A stretch of DNA of 64,000 nucleotides from an uncultured Holophagales bacterium (GCA_963842525.1 CAWJGT010000011.1:1-64000), one strand, 5' to 3'; positions 37,301-47,461 are shown, counted from the first letter of the stretch. Numbers and translations are program-made. The notes: generated from the letters alone by a model not told the origin.

Positions 37301-37907
37301 CGTGCAGCAGATCGTCGACTCCAACTTCAAGCTCTACAAGCGGATCACGGACGACGCCGAGTTCGGCAGAACGCTGGCCGACTACCTCTTTGACGTATAC
37401 CTGCGGAAGCACCGCGAAGCCGCGGAGCTGATCAAGCAGGGAGAATCGAAGACCCTCGAATTCAAGTCTTCGCTCCGCTGGAACCTCCGGGAAGGCCGGA
37501 AAGACGACAAAGCTATTACGCACGCCGTCCTCAAGACCGTCGCGGCCTTCCTCAACACCGAGGGAGGAGACCTCCTTATTGGCGTCGCGGACGACGGCTC
37601 GATTGTTGGAATCGAGGCAGACGGTTTCGAGAACAATGACAAGTACATGCTCCACTTTGCTCAGGTGGTCCGCAACGGCCTAGGCGAGCGGGCCGGCACC
37701 TGCATTGATCCGAAGATCCAACTCGTCCAGGCGAAACCGGTTTGCCTCGTAAGCTGCCAGCGCAGTCCCGAACCGGTGTTCCTAAAGTGGAAGGGCCTCG
37801 AAGAAAACCCTGACGGTGACTTTTTTGTACGAAGCGGACCGAGTACGATGAAGCTCGGCCCGGAGAGCGCTGGACAGTACATCGGTACGCGGTTTGCTCA
37901 CGGATAG
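34356..37907 (+). CDS. hsdR: Type I R-M restriction subunit with C-terminal Schlafen/AlbA_2 domain (several frameshifts)
   Basis: AELKN nuclease motif, HSAGSGKS, DEAH, FTATP, TGFDQP; tail GESKTLEFKSS...AFLNTEGGDLLIGVADDG. Confidence 0.92.
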
Positions 37908-37947
37908 GAGCTGCGGGTGCAGCTCCGCGGGGTGGACGGACCAGCCC

Positions 37948-38538
37948 ATGCCCTCCGAATACGATGACCTTTTCGCTCCTCCGACCGGCGAGGACGACCT
38001 CGAGCCGGTCCGGGAGCGCTTCCGCGCCGCCAGCCGTCCTTTTCTCTCTTCTCCCTGGCCGTGGCTCGGCTGGGCCGTGCTGCTGCCCGGGACCGCGCTC
38101 GCCACGCAGGTGGTGCTGCGCTCCTTCGGCCCGGCGGGCGTGCTCTTCGCCTGGTCGGCCGTGGTGCTGGCCGGCGGGGCGGTTGAATTCCTGGCAATCC
38201 GCCGCGCCGGAGCCGGCGGCTCGCCGCTGGCTTCCTGGGTGCTGCGCATTCAGGGGAATCTTTCTCTGGTAGCGGTCGCTCTCTCTGTGCTGCTCCTCTG
38301 GGAGGACGCCGCCTGGGCGCTCCCCGGGCTCTGGCTGCTCGTGCTGGGACACTCCTTCTACCTGCTGGGCGGCTTGGCCTCGCGCCCCCTCCGCATCTGC
38401 GGCATCCTCTATCAGCTCGGCGGCGTGGCGGCGCTCTGGCCGTATGGGTCGCCGCTGCTCGTATTCGCCGCAGCCACGGCGGCGGGGAACCTGTGGATGG
38501 CGGCGGCGGTCTGGCGGGAGAGCCCCTCACCCCTCTGA
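37948..38538 (+). CDS. Multi-pass membrane protein, copy 1
   Basis: About 6 hydrophobic segments; near-identical to 39907..40488. Confidence 0.75.
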   Translation: MPSEYDDLFAPPTGEDDLEPVRERFRAASRPFLSSPWPWLGWAVLLPGTALATQVVLRSFGPAGVLFAWSAVVLAGGAVEFLAIRRAGAGGSPLASWVLRIQGNLSLVAVALSVLLLWEDAAWALPGLWLLVLGHSFYLLGGLASRPLRICGILYQLGGVAALWPYGSPLLVFAAATAAGNLWMAAAVWRESPSPL

Positions 38539-38621
38539 CCCATACGCGCTAACTTTGCGCCGGAGGAAATCCTGGGAGCCCGGCTTCCGCCGGCCCGGAG
38601 CTGAGGCGGGCGCCGGCCCCA

Positions 38622-38930
38622 ATTCACGGTGAATCGGCTCTGATTTGCCGTGAACGCGGGCCGATTCATGATGAACTGGCTCTGATTTGCCGTGAACGCG
38701 GGCCGATTCATGGTGAACTGGCTCTGATTTGCCGTGAACGCGGGCCGATTCATGGTGAACCGGCCCTCATCGCGGTGATCCGGCCGCGTTCGTCATGATC
38801 TCGGCCCGATTCGCCGTGACCGCGAAGCCGTTTGCCGTGAATCGGCCCTCGTTTGTCATGAATCGGCCGCGTTCGCGCCGATCTCGTCTCCGTTCACGGC
38901 GAATCACGACTGGTTCACCACGATCCGCCC
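38622..38930. repeat. Tandem repeat: three near-perfect 42-bp units decaying into 21-bp units
   Basis: TGAAnnGGCTCTGATTTGCCGTGAACGCGGGCCGATTCATG at 38630, 38672 and 38714; degenerate from 38756. Confidence 0.9.
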
Positions 38931-38969
38931 TGGAAGCCCGGGAGCGCCGGCGCTCCCAGGGCCACCTCC

Positions 38970-39368
38970 TCACCAGAGAAAGTTAGCGCGTATGCCCCTC
39001 TGACCTCTCTCACGACCGCTGAGCGACAGTGAGACGAGCCCCTCCACGTCATCCTGTCGAATGTCCCGGAGCCGCTCCCGGGCGGCGGGACAGAGGTCCT
39101 CGACGCTCACGGAGTGGTTGTGCTTCTTGCCCTTGACGAGGATTTCCGACCAGGTCATGGACTCGAAATGAGCGAGCTTCTCGCGGACGTACGTCGCCTT
39201 GCCGACATCGAGCTCGTGCCAGCCGAACGGATCGACGAGCTGCAGCAGAGAGAGCCGCCACGCGGGCTTGAGGCCCATGGAGCTGGCCGTTGGAGCTGTC
39301 CTGGGCTCCTTACCGGGCGCCGGGGCGAACAGCGCCTTCGGCCTCTTCTGGGGCTGACCGAGGACCAC
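38970..39368 (-). CDS. Putative toxin partner of the Panacea antitoxin, probably C-terminally truncated
   Basis: FESMTWSEI..HNHSV...LC..ARERL...LVSLSLSGRER resembles RelE-like toxins; directly downstream of the DUF4065 gene. Confidence 0.55.
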   Translation of the reverse strand: MVLGQPQKRPKALFAPAPGKEPRTAPTASSMGLKPAWRLSLLQLVDPFGWHELDVGKATYVREKLAHFESMTWSEILVKGKKHNHSVSVEDLCPAARERLRDIRQDDVEGLVSLSLSGRERGQRGIRANFLW

Positions 39369-39377
39369 GATGCCTTG

Positions 39378-39804
39378 TCAGAGGCTTCCGTAGTACTCCG
39401 CCATCGATTCGAGGGAGATCTCTGCGTCGCCACGCTCGCCGGGAGAGAGGCCGCTCCTGGCCTGCTTCCAGGGCTCCTCTGCGTGGGTGAGATCGCTGAG
39501 CCACTGCGACGGTTTGTCACCGTAGAAGCTCAACTGCCTCCACCGTCTCTCGCTCGGCCTTCGTGAGGTGGTCGGGATTGCCCTTCGGCCAGGAGCCGAC
39601 CTTGAAGAGGCCCCGATGCTCCCGGTAGAGCGCAGGCACCACGGGGCCGTTGGCCCAGGCTTCGATCCGTGCCTGGAACAGCGGCCGCTCGTCCCAAACC
39701 AGGGACCACGCCTGGGCGTAGTAGGCAAGCTTCTGGAGCTTCCAGGTGGTGATGGGCCCGGTCTTATCGAGAATGTATGCGGCAGCGTCGTGTACACTAG
39801 CCAT
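39378..39804 (-). CDS. Panacea/SocA (DUF4065) antitoxin (frameshift near 39530)
   Basis: KLQKLAYYAQAW, IEAWANGPVVPALY, LSDLTHAEEPW. Confidence 0.9.
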
Positions 39805-39906
39805 TAGGGCCCCCTTCGAGATGACACCCCCAGCATAGAACAAAAGCGTTCGGAGGGGTACACCTATTCCTACGGGCGCAAGCTCCGCGGGCGAACGGAC
39901 CAGCCA

Positions 39907-40488
39907 ATGCCTTCCGAATACGACGACCTCTTCTCCTCCCCGACCGGCAACGACGACTTGGAGCCGGTCCGGGAGCGCTTCCGCGCCGCCAGCCGCCCCT
40001 TCCTTTCCTCCCCTTGGCCGTGGCTCGGTTGGGCCGTGCTGCTGCCCGGTTCGGCGCTCGCGACGCCGGTGGTGCTGCGCTCCTTCGGCCCGGCGGGTGT
40101 GCTCTTCGCTTGGTCGGCGGTGGTGCTGGCTGGCGGGGCGGTCGAGTTCCTGGCCATCCGCCGCGCCGGGGCCGGCGGCTCACCGCTGGCCTCCTGGGTG
40201 CTGCGCATCCAGGGGAATCTCTCGTTGGTGGCGGTTGCGCTCTCCATGCTGCTCCTCTGGGAGGACGCCGCCTGGGCCCTCCCCGGGCTCTGGCTCCTCG
40301 CGCTGGGCCATTCCTTCTATCTGCTGGGCGGCTTGGCCTCGCGTCCCCTCCGCATCTGCGGCATCCTCTATCAGCTCGGCGGCGTGGCGGCGCTCTGGCC
40401 GTATGGGTCGCCGCTTCTCGCCTTCGCCGCGGCCACGGCGGCCGGGAACCTGTTGATGGCGGTGGCGGTGTGCCGGGAGCGCTCCTGA
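39907..40488 (+). CDS. Multi-pass membrane protein, copy 2
   Basis: Paralogue of 37948..38538, including ~30 bp of upstream sequence. Confidence 0.75.
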   Translation: MPSEYDDLFSSPTGNDDLEPVRERFRAASRPFLSSPWPWLGWAVLLPGSALATPVVLRSFGPAGVLFAWSAVVLAGGAVEFLAIRRAGAGGSPLASWVLRIQGNLSLVAVALSMLLLWEDAAWALPGLWLLALGHSFYLLGGLASRPLRICGILYQLGGVAALWPYGSPLLAFAAATAAGNLLMAVAVCRERS

Positions 40489-40516
40489 GATTGAAGGCGA
40501 GCAGGCTGGTCCACTC

Positions 40517-40807
40517 TCAACTGACTCGCAGGAGAGGCGCAGGCAGTTCCTTGAGCGTCCGCGCAGCGCGGTACAGGTCCACGGCCTCCTGAGCGTTAAG
40601 CCAGAATTCCGGGGAGGTCCGAAAGGACGCGGCCAGCTTCAATGCCATTTCCGGAGTGACCCGCGAGCGTCCGTTGATGATCCGATTGATCACCTTGATG
40701 TCGCAACCGAGGTGATCTGCGAGTCGGCGTTGCGTCATTCCGAGAGGCCGGAGGAACTCCTCCTCAAGGATTTCGCCCGGGCTGGTAGGTTCTCGGTCTC
40801 TGCGCAT
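40517..40807 (-). CDS. higA: HigA antitoxin
   Basis: PTSPGEILEEEFL, VTPEMALKL, SPEFWLNAQ. Confidence 0.92.
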   Translation of the reverse strand: MRRDREPTSPGEILEEEFLRPLGMTQRRLADHLGCDIKVINRIINGRSRVTPEMALKLAASFRTSPEFWLNAQEAVDLYRAARTLKELPAPLLRVS

Positions 40808-40819
40808 GGGAATCTCCGT

Positions 40820-41110
40820 TCAGTGGTAGTCCACAATGTCAACGTCGAGCGGCCCCGCTTCGCTCCAACGAAAGACGATCCGCCATTGGTCATTGATCCG
40901 GATGCTGTAAAATCCTTTCAGGTCGCCTTTTAATGCCTCCAGACGATTGCCAGGCGGTGACCTCAGGTCGCTGAGCTCGTGGGCGTAATCAAGAGTGTCC
41001 AGTTTCCGTAGAGCGACCTGAGTTACCCCAGACCATCCCATACCCTTCGCCACGCGACCAGTCAGAAAGAATTCTCGGACCCGCGCATTGGCGAAGCCTT
41101 GAATGGCCAT
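40820..41110 (-). CDS. higB: HigB toxin
   Basis: PPGNRLEALKGD, SIRINDQWRIVFRW, VDYH; GTATACC/GGTATAC operator-like IR at 41117-41137. Confidence 0.92.
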   Translation of the reverse strand: MAIQGFANARVREFFLTGRVAKGMGWSGVTQVALRKLDTLDYAHELSDLRSPPGNRLEALKGDLKGFYSIRINDQWRIVFRWSEAGPLDVDIVDYH

Positions 41111-41160
41111 ACCGAAGTATACCCTGGCGAGGTATACCCGGTCAAGGTCTTGCGCTTCGC

Positions 41161-41616
41161 TCAGCGCGTCACATAGCCGCCCTTGTCCGACAGCGCGCGG
41201 TCGACCGACCAGCGTCCGCTGCCGCCGACGAGCACCGCGAGCGCCATGCCGATGGCGAGGAGGTGGTACTCGAAGCCCTCGCCGGCCTGCTGCCCCATCC
41301 AGTTCATGAAGAAGCCGTGTTGCAGGTGGACGGTGAAGATGGCGCCGAGCATCACGCAGAGAATGCCCAGGGCTCCCAGACGGCCGAGGAAGCCGAAGAT
41401 CAGGGAGAGAGCGCCGAAGAACTCGAAGATGATGACCAGGAAGACGATGAAGGCCGGCAGCCCCATCCCGGTCATCCCCTGCATCGTCGCCGAGAACCCG
41501 CCGCCGCCGAACCAGCCCAGCAGCTTCTGGGCACCGTGAGGGAACATCACGAGCCCGAGGAACAGCCGCACGAGGAACCGCCCGGTGTCGTCATCCGTCT
41601 GCATCAGCCGCTTCAT
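41161..41616 (-). CDS. DoxX family membrane protein
   Basis: RLFLGLVMFPHGAQKLLGWFGG, GFEYHL, GSGRWSVD. Confidence 0.9.
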   Translation of the reverse strand: MKRLMQTDDDTGRFLVRLFLGLVMFPHGAQKLLGWFGGGGFSATMQGMTGMGLPAFIVFLVIIFEFFGALSLIFGFLGRLGALGILCVMLGAIFTVHLQHGFFMNWMGQQAGEGFEYHLLAIGMALAVLVGGSGRWSVDRALSDKGGYVTR

Positions 41617-41644
41617 GATCGGATCCCCCCTTTGTCATTGTTGC

Positions 41645-43783
41645 TCAAGTGTCGCTCCGGACCCCGGCCGACGCAAGCCCGCCGCCCACGCGGAGCCTGG
41701 CGTCGAGCGCCACGGCCCGGCTATTCCGCGGGCCGGCGAGGAAGGGGTTGATGTCGAGCTCCTGGATGCGCGGATGGCGTTGCGCGAGCTGGGCGAGGCG
41801 GAGGAGGATCTCGACCAGTTGGTCGAGGTCGGCGCCCGGCTCGCCGCGCACCCCGGCGAGCAGCTTGAAGCCGCGGATGCCGCGGATCATCTCCAGGGCC
41901 TCGCTCGCCCCCAGGGGAAGCACGCCGAAACGGACGTCCTGGAAGACCTCCACGTACTTGCCTCCGAGGCCGAACATCAGGAGCGGCCCGAAACGCGGGT
42001 CGGTCGTGATCCCGAAGATCACCTCGTGCCCGCCGCGCCCCATCTCCTGGACGAGGAACCCTTCGATCCGGTGCCCCGCGCCTTCGACGGACTCGCGCAC
42101 CCGCGCCAGGGCCGAGGAAAGCTGGGCGTCGTCGCGCAGGTCGACCTGCACCGCGCCGACGTCGCTCTTGTGGATCAGGTCGGGAGCGATGGCCTTGAGG
42201 ACCACCGGATAGCCGATCTCGCGCGCCGCCGGGAGGACCTCGTCCGGGCTCTGCACCGAGCGCCAGTGGACGAAGGGGATGCCGTAGAGGTCGAGCACCC
42301 GGAAGGTGTCGGCCGGATCGAGGTAGCCGCCCGGAGTGCGGTCGAGGATCTCGGCCACGGCACGGTCGTCGGTCGCGAATTCGGGGACCGGCGGCTCGGC
42401 CGGCCGCCGCACCCAGGCGGCGTAGCGGGCGAGCATCATCAGGGCCCGGGCGGCCGACTCCGGGAAGCGGTGGACCGGCGGCAGGTCGATCGTCTCCTTG
42501 ACCGACTCGTAGAACTCGTCGGTCGCCATCATCACCGCCAGCACCGGCTTGGACCGGGTCTTCGCCGCCGCGCCGGCCGCCTCCAGGATGTCGACCGGGT
42601 TCAACAGCAACGGCGTCACGTTGATCACCAGGGCCATGTCGACGCCGGGGTCGTCGAGCACGGCCGCCAGGGCGCGGGCGTAGCCTTCGGCGTTGGCCGA
42701 GGCGATCATGTCCACCGGGTTGGCCACGCTCGCCTCGGCTGGCAGGAACGACCGCAGCAGGGTCCGGGTCTCATCCGCGAGGTCGGCCATGCGCAGGCCG
42801 AGGTTGACGCAGGCGTCCGTGGCCATGATGGCCGGCCCGCCCGCGTTGGTGACGATGCCCACCCGGTTCCCTTCGGGCAATGGGCAGCGGGCCAGGGCGC
42901 GGGCGACGTCGAACAGCTCCTCGATGGTGTTGGCGCGCAGCACGCCGCACTGGTCGAGGAAGGCCGAGACCGTGACGTCGGTGCCGGCGATGGCGCCGGT
43001 GTGGCTGCTCGCGGCGCGCGCCCCCTCGGCGGTGCGCCCGGACTTGACGACCAGGATCGGCTTTTTGCGCGTCACCCGCTTGGCGATCTCGGTGAAGCGC
43101 CGCGGGTTGCCGAACGATTCGAGGTACATGGCGATGACGCGGGTGTCCGGGTCGTCCTCCCAGTGCTCCAGGAGGTCGTTGCCGGAGACGTCGGCCTTGT
43201 TGCCCATGGAGACGAACTGCGTCAGGCCGATCCCCAGGTCCTGGGCGACGTTCAGGATCGCCACGCCGAGGGCGCCCGACTGGCTGACGAAGCCGATATG
43301 CCCCTGCCGGGCAGGCGTGGGGGCGAAGGTGGCGTTCAGGCTCGCCTCCGGCGCGGTGTTGATCACCCCCATGCAGTTGGGACCGATCATGCGCACCCCG
43401 GCGGCGCGCACGGTGTCGCGCAGGAGCCGCTCGTGCTGCGCCCCCTCCTCGCCGGTCTCGGAGAACCCGGCGGAGATGACCACCAGGCCGCGAACGCCCT
43501 TGGCCAGGCATTCCTCGACGACCCCCTGCACCTGCCGCCGCGGGACCATCACCACGGCCAGGTCGACCGGGTCGGGGATGGCCGCCATGGACGGGTAGCA
43601 CTTGAGGGAGTGGATGGCCTGGGCGTTCGGGTTGACCGGATAGATGGCGCCGTTGAACTCGTTCGTCACCAGGTTGTGGAGGAGCGCGAAGCCGATCGAG
43701 TCGCGGCGGCGCGAGGCGCCCACCACGGCGATCGAACGCGGCGAAAAGATCGGGTCGAGGGGTCGGGCGGGGAGTGGGGTCAT
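41645..43783 (-). CDS. Acetate-CoA ligase (ADP-forming) family, fused alpha/beta
   Basis: PRSIAVVGAS, IGPNCMG, SQSGALG, SHTGAIAG, HKSDVG, ELDINP. Confidence 0.92.
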   Translation of the reverse strand: MTPLPARPLDPIFSPRSIAVVGASRRRDSIGFALLHNLVTNEFNGAIYPVNPNAQAIHSLKCYPSMAAIPDPVDLAVVMVPRRQVQGVVEECLAKGVRGLVVISAGFSETGEEGAQHERLLRDTVRAAGVRMIGPNCMGVINTAPEASLNATFAPTPARQGHIGFVSQSGALGVAILNVAQDLGIGLTQFVSMGNKADVSGNDLLEHWEDDPDTRVIAMYLESFGNPRRFTEIAKRVTRKKPILVVKSGRTAEGARAASSHTGAIAGTDVTVSAFLDQCGVLRANTIEELFDVARALARCPLPEGNRVGIVTNAGGPAIMATDACVNLGLRMADLADETRTLLRSFLPAEASVANPVDMIASANAEGYARALAAVLDDPGVDMALVINVTPLLLNPVDILEAAGAAAKTRSKPVLAVMMATDEFYESVKETIDLPPVHRFPESAARALMMLARYAAWVRRPAEPPVPEFATDDRAVAEILDRTPGGYLDPADTFRVLDLYGIPFVHWRSVQSPDEVLPAAREIGYPVVLKAIAPDLIHKSDVGAVQVDLRDDAQLSSALARVRESVEGAGHRIEGFLVQEMGRGGHEVIFGITTDPRFGPLLMFGLGGKYVEVFQDVRFGVLPLGASEALEMIRGIRGFKLLAGVRGEPGADLDQLVEILLRLAQLAQRHPRIQELDINPFLAGPRNSRAVALDARLRVGGGLASAGVRSDT

Positions 43784-43810
43784 GGGGCAGATCCTTGCAC
43801 AATTTCCGGA

Positions 43811-43958
43811 CCCCTCACCCCCGGCCCCTCTCCCAACCGCCCTCCCGACCTCCGGGAGAGGGGAGCCCCCACCCAAAAACTACCTGGCAGTGCATTTTCC
43901 CCCCTCTCCCGGTGGCGTGGGAGGGCGGTTGGGAGAGGGGGGCCAGGGGGGTAAGGGG
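43811..43958. repeat. Inverted pair of CCCCTCACCCC...CCCTCTCCC...GGGAGAGGGG palindromic repeats (REPIN/MITE-like); related single copy at 6473-6532
   Basis: ccctctcccaaccgccctccc mirrored by gggagggcggttgggagaggg. Confidence 0.75.
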
Positions 43959-43959
43959 C

Positions 43960-44838
43960 TCATCGCGGCCAGAGCACGCGCAGCTTCTCCGGCGCGATCC
44001 GCACCCGGACCGGCAGCCGCTCCTGGCAGAGGTCTCCGTCGACCTGGGCCGGCTCCCCGGGCGGGCCGCCGAGGAGGGCCTCCTCGACGCGGAAGACGGT
44101 GACGTCGCGCCGGCGCACGTGGGTCGAGCGCAGGAGGTCGAGGACGAAGGCGAGCGTGGCGGCGCGTCCGCGGCCGTGGAAGAGGACGAGATCCAGCTTG
44201 CCGTCGTCCGGCCGGGCGCCCGGCGCCAGGTGGAACGAGCCGGCATAATAAGGGATGTTCGCCACCGCGGCGAAGGTGGCGGTCCGGCGCTCGCCGCCGG
44301 CGATCACTTCGATCTCGTGGTAGGGATACCGCCACCACTCGCGGAGCCCCTGCCAGGCGATGGCGCCCTGTCCGAAGCGCCACTTGAGCTCGACGTCGAG
44401 CGCCGCGAGGACCGTGGCGTCGAGCCCCGCCGAGACCATCATCAGGAACGGGTGGTCCCCCGCCAGGCCGACGTCGATGGGGCGGACTGGGGCACCGCAC
44501 AGCGCGGTTGCGGCGCGCAGGGGGTCGCGCGGCAGCCTGAGGGCCAGCGCCAGCAGGTTGGCCGTGCCGCCGGGGATCACGCCGAGGGCGACGGGGCTGC
44601 CGAGCAGGCCGGTTGCCACCTCGCGCGCCGTGCCGTCGCCGCCGAACGAGAACACGGCTTCGACTTCACCGCCTCCGGCCAGCCCGCGCGCCAGCTCGAC
44701 CGCCTCTCCGGCATAGGACGTGGGCCGCGGCTCGACCTCGAAGCCGCCGCCGCGCAGGGCGCCGAGGATCCCGTCCAGCATGCGGGCATGGCGCTGGCGC
44801 CCCGAGCGGGGGTTGTAGATCAGGGCGGCGCGGCGCAC
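43960..44838 (-). CDS. Diacylglycerol/lipid kinase family protein
   Basis: IYNPRSG, FGGDGT, IPGGTANLLA, QVDGD. Confidence 0.9.
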   Translation of the reverse strand: MRRAALIYNPRSGRQRHARMLDGILGALRGGGFEVEPRPTSYAGEAVELARGLAGGGEVEAVFSFGGDGTAREVATGLLGSPVALGVIPGGTANLLALALRLPRDPLRAATALCGAPVRPIDVGLAGDHPFLMMVSAGLDATVLAALDVELKWRFGQGAIAWQGLREWWRYPYHEIEVIAGGERRTATFAAVANIPYYAGSFHLAPGARPDDGKLDLVLFHGRGRAATLAFVLDLLRSTHVRRRDVTVFRVEEALLGGPPGEPAQVDGDLCQERLPVRVRIAPEKLRVLWPR

Positions 44839-44843
44839 GGCTG

Positions 44844-45869
44844 TCAGAAGAGCGAGCCCGTGGTGCCGGGCCGGGGCGGATAGCCGAGGTGCTGGTAGGC
44901 GCGGCGGGTGGCCACCCGGCCGCGGGGGGTGCGCTGCAGGAACCCCTCCTGGATCAGGTAGGGCTCGTAGAGGTCCTCGATCGTGCCGCTGTCCTCGCCC
45001 ACGGCCGCGGCCAGCGCCTTGAGGCCGGCCGGGCCGCCGTCGTAGTGCTCGATCAGGGTGCCGAGGATCTTGCGGTCGAGATCGTCGAAGCCGAAGTCGT
45101 CCACCTCCAGCAGCGCCAGGGCCTTGCGGGCGGCCGCCAGGTCGATCCGGCCGGCCCGCTCGACCTGGGCGAAGTCGCGCACGCGGCGCAGCAGCCGGTT
45201 GGCCACCCGCGGCGTGCCGCGGCTGCGGCGCGCGATCTCGTCCGCTCCGGTCTGGTCGATCGCGACGTTGAGCAGGCGGGCCGAGCGCTGGATGATCAGC
45301 GTCAGCTCCTCCGGCCGGTAGAAGTCCAGGCGGTGCACGATGCCGAAGCGGGCGCGCAGAGGCGCGCTGACCAGGCCGGCGCGGGTGGTGGCGCCGACCA
45401 GGGTGAAGCGGGGGAGCTCGATCTTGACCGTGCGCGCGGCCGGCCCCTGGCCGATGACGAGGTCGAGGCGGAAGTCCTCCAAGGCCGGATAGAGGATCTC
45501 CTCCACCGTAGGCCCCAGCCGGTGGATCTCGTCGATGAACAGCACCTCCCCCGGATCGAGGTTGGTGAGGATCGCCGCCAGGTCGCCGGCCCGCTCGAGC
45601 ACCGGCCCCGAGGTGATGCGCAGGGGCGCTCCCATCTCGCCGGCGATGATGTGGGCCAGGGTGGTCTTGCCCAGGCCCGGAGGACCGAAGAGCAGCACGT
45701 GGTCCAGACTCTCCCGCCGTTCGCGCGCCGCCCGGATGAAGACCTTCAGGTTGTCGAGGATCTTCTTCTGGCCGATGTACTCGTCCAGCCGCTGCGGCCG
45801 CAGGGTGGGCTCGACTCCCAGGTCCTCGGGATCGGGGACGCCGGACAGGATGCGCTCGTCGGTCTGCAT
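44844..45869 (-). CDS. ruvB: Holliday junction branch migration helicase
   Basis: [41 protein letters not shown]. Confidence 0.97.
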   Translation of the reverse strand: MQTDERILSGVPDPEDLGVEPTLRPQRLDEYIGQKKILDNLKVFIRAARERRESLDHVLLFGPPGLGKTTLAHIIAGEMGAPLRITSGPVLERAGDLAAILTNLDPGEVLFIDEIHRLGPTVEEILYPALEDFRLDLVIGQGPAARTVKIELPRFTLVGATTRAGLVSAPLRARFGIVHRLDFYRPEELTLIIQRSARLLNVAIDQTGADEIARRSRGTPRVANRLLRRVRDFAQVERAGRIDLAAARKALALLEVDDFGFDDLDRKILGTLIEHYDGGPAGLKALAAAVGEDSGTIEDLYEPYLIQEGFLQRTPRGRVATRRAYQHLGYPPRPGTTGSLF

Positions 45870-45956
45870 GGGGCTCCATTCTAGAGGATCGATCAAGTCC
45901 CTACTTGACGGGCGCGGGAAAGACTTATAGCCTGTTGCAAATTCAAGGGTCTTCCC

Positions 45957-46820
45957 GTGAAACGTGCCCGCATCTCCAGATGGGGTGGTCTGGCCAGCGC
46001 CGGTCTGGCGGTGGCGCTGTATGCCGTGCCCGCCGCGGCGCAGAACGTCATCTCCACCCAGCAGAACCCGAACGTGACGTTTTCTACGCCCGGCCTCAAA
46101 AGCGTGACGCTCCAGGCCTGCAACGTGCGGGGCTGCACCTCGGTGATCAAGACGGTCCTGGTGCTCAACCCCCTGCCGGCGGTCACCGCGGCATCGGCCC
46201 TGCCTCTGATCGTGGAGGCCGGCCAGCTCGTCCGGCTCACCGGCGCAGGGACCGGCCAGCCGGCGCTCAACTACACCTGGAAGCTCCTGGCCGGCGGCAT
46301 CGCCGAGGTCGCCAGCCTCGGGGGAGCCACGGCCTGGTGGGACACGATAGGCATGGCCCCCGGTGCCTACACGGCGGTCCTGCAGATCCAGAACGCCTCC
46401 GGGATCGCCCTGTCGCTCCCCATCCCGATCGTCGTCAATCCGTCGCTGGGGCTCGCCTTCTACACGATCAACCCCTGCCGGGTCTTCGACTCGCGCGCCA
46501 GCGCGCCGCTCAGCTCCGGCGTCCCGCGCGTGATCAACGCCGTGGGCTCGGGCTGCGGCATTCCGGCCGGCGCCCGGGCGCTGGCTCTGAACGTGACGGT
46601 GGTCGGCCCTTCGGGGACCGGGTACGTGGCCCTCTATCCGGGCAACTACCCGCAGCCGGCCACCAGCACCATCAACTTCGCGGCCGGCGCGGTCCGCGCC
46701 AACCATTCCGTCCTGCCGATCGCGACCGATGGCACCGGGACGCTGGCGGCCGTGGCCATGATCCCGGGGAACGGCGTCACCCACCTGGTCGTTGACGCAA
46801 GCGGCTACTTCCTGCCCTGA
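45957..46820 (+). CDS. Secreted PKD/Ig-like domain protein
   Basis: Signal peptide; PKD-like [17 protein letters not shown]; C-terminal [13 protein letters not shown]...ALNVTVV...[10 protein letters not shown] module. Confidence 0.75.
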   Translation: MKRARISRWGGLASAGLAVALYAVPAAAQNVISTQQNPNVTFSTPGLKSVTLQACNVRGCTSVIKTVLVLNPLPAVTAASALPLIVEAGQLVRLTGAGTGQPALNYTWKLLAGGIAEVASLGGATAWWDTIGMAPGAYTAVLQIQNASGIALSLPIPIVVNPSLGLAFYTINPCRVFDSRASAPLSSGVPRVINAVGSGCGIPAGARALALNVTVVGPSGTGYVALYPGNYPQPATSTINFAAGAVRANHSVLPIATDGTGTLAAVAMIPGNGVTHLVVDASGYFLP

Positions 46821-46826
46821 GAGGGC

Positions 46827-47417
46827 TCACGCCCTCGACATGCGGTTCAGGCTGGCGCGCAGGAGGTCGTGGAAGACGGCGTCCGGCCGCTCGCGGCGGA
46901 CCTCGGCCACGGCGCGCTCGGCCTGGCTGCTCTTGTAGCCAAGGTTGACGAGGGCGGAGACGACGTCCTGGTCGGCCGGTGCGGCCTTGTCGGGGACCTC
47001 GGCGGCGAGCTCGCGCATCTTCTCCCGCAGCTCCAGCACCATCCGCTCGGCGGTCTTTTTCCCGACCCCGGGGATGGTGGCGAGCCGTCCGAGGTCTCCG
47101 GAGGCGAGCGCGCCGAGGAGGTCGTCCGGCGGCATGCCCGAGAGGATCGCGCGGGCCAGCCGCGGACCGATCCCGCCGACCCCGATCAGCCGCTCGAACA
47201 GCAGCTTCTCGCGCTCGGTCCAGAAGCCGAACAGGGCGATGCCGTCCTCCCGCATGTGGGTATGGATGAAGAGGGCCACCTGGGCGGAGGCGCCGCGCTT
47301 CTCGACCTCATAGTAGGTGGAGAGCGGGATGTGGACCTCGTAGCCGACCCCCTGGACATCGACCAGCAGGCGGTCGGGGGTGGCGCGGAGGACGTTGCCT
47401 TGCAGATAGCCGATCAT
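46827..47417 (-). CDS. ruvA: Holliday junction DNA-binding protein
   Basis: MIGYLQG, GVGYEV, GIGPRLA, PGVGKKTAER. Confidence 0.96.
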   Translation of the reverse strand: MIGYLQGNVLRATPDRLLVDVQGVGYEVHIPLSTYYEVEKRGASAQVALFIHTHMREDGIALFGFWTEREKLLFERLIGVGGIGPRLARAILSGMPPDDLLGALASGDLGRLATIPGVGKKTAERMVLELREKMRELAAEVPDKAAPADQDVVSALVNLGYKSSQAERAVAEVRRERPDAVFHDLLRASLNRMSRA

Positions 47418-47461
47418 GGCAGGCTGGGGCCTCCCCCGCGGAGGAGGGAGGCCTCAGCGTC

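Noticed and set aside
38622-38930. Possible CRISPR array
   Set aside because: Units are contiguous tandem repeats with no unique spacers; no cas genes in the window
44844-46784. 646-aa RuvB with long N-terminal extension
   Set aside because: Extension is the antisense of the PKD gene; real start is MQTDER at 45869
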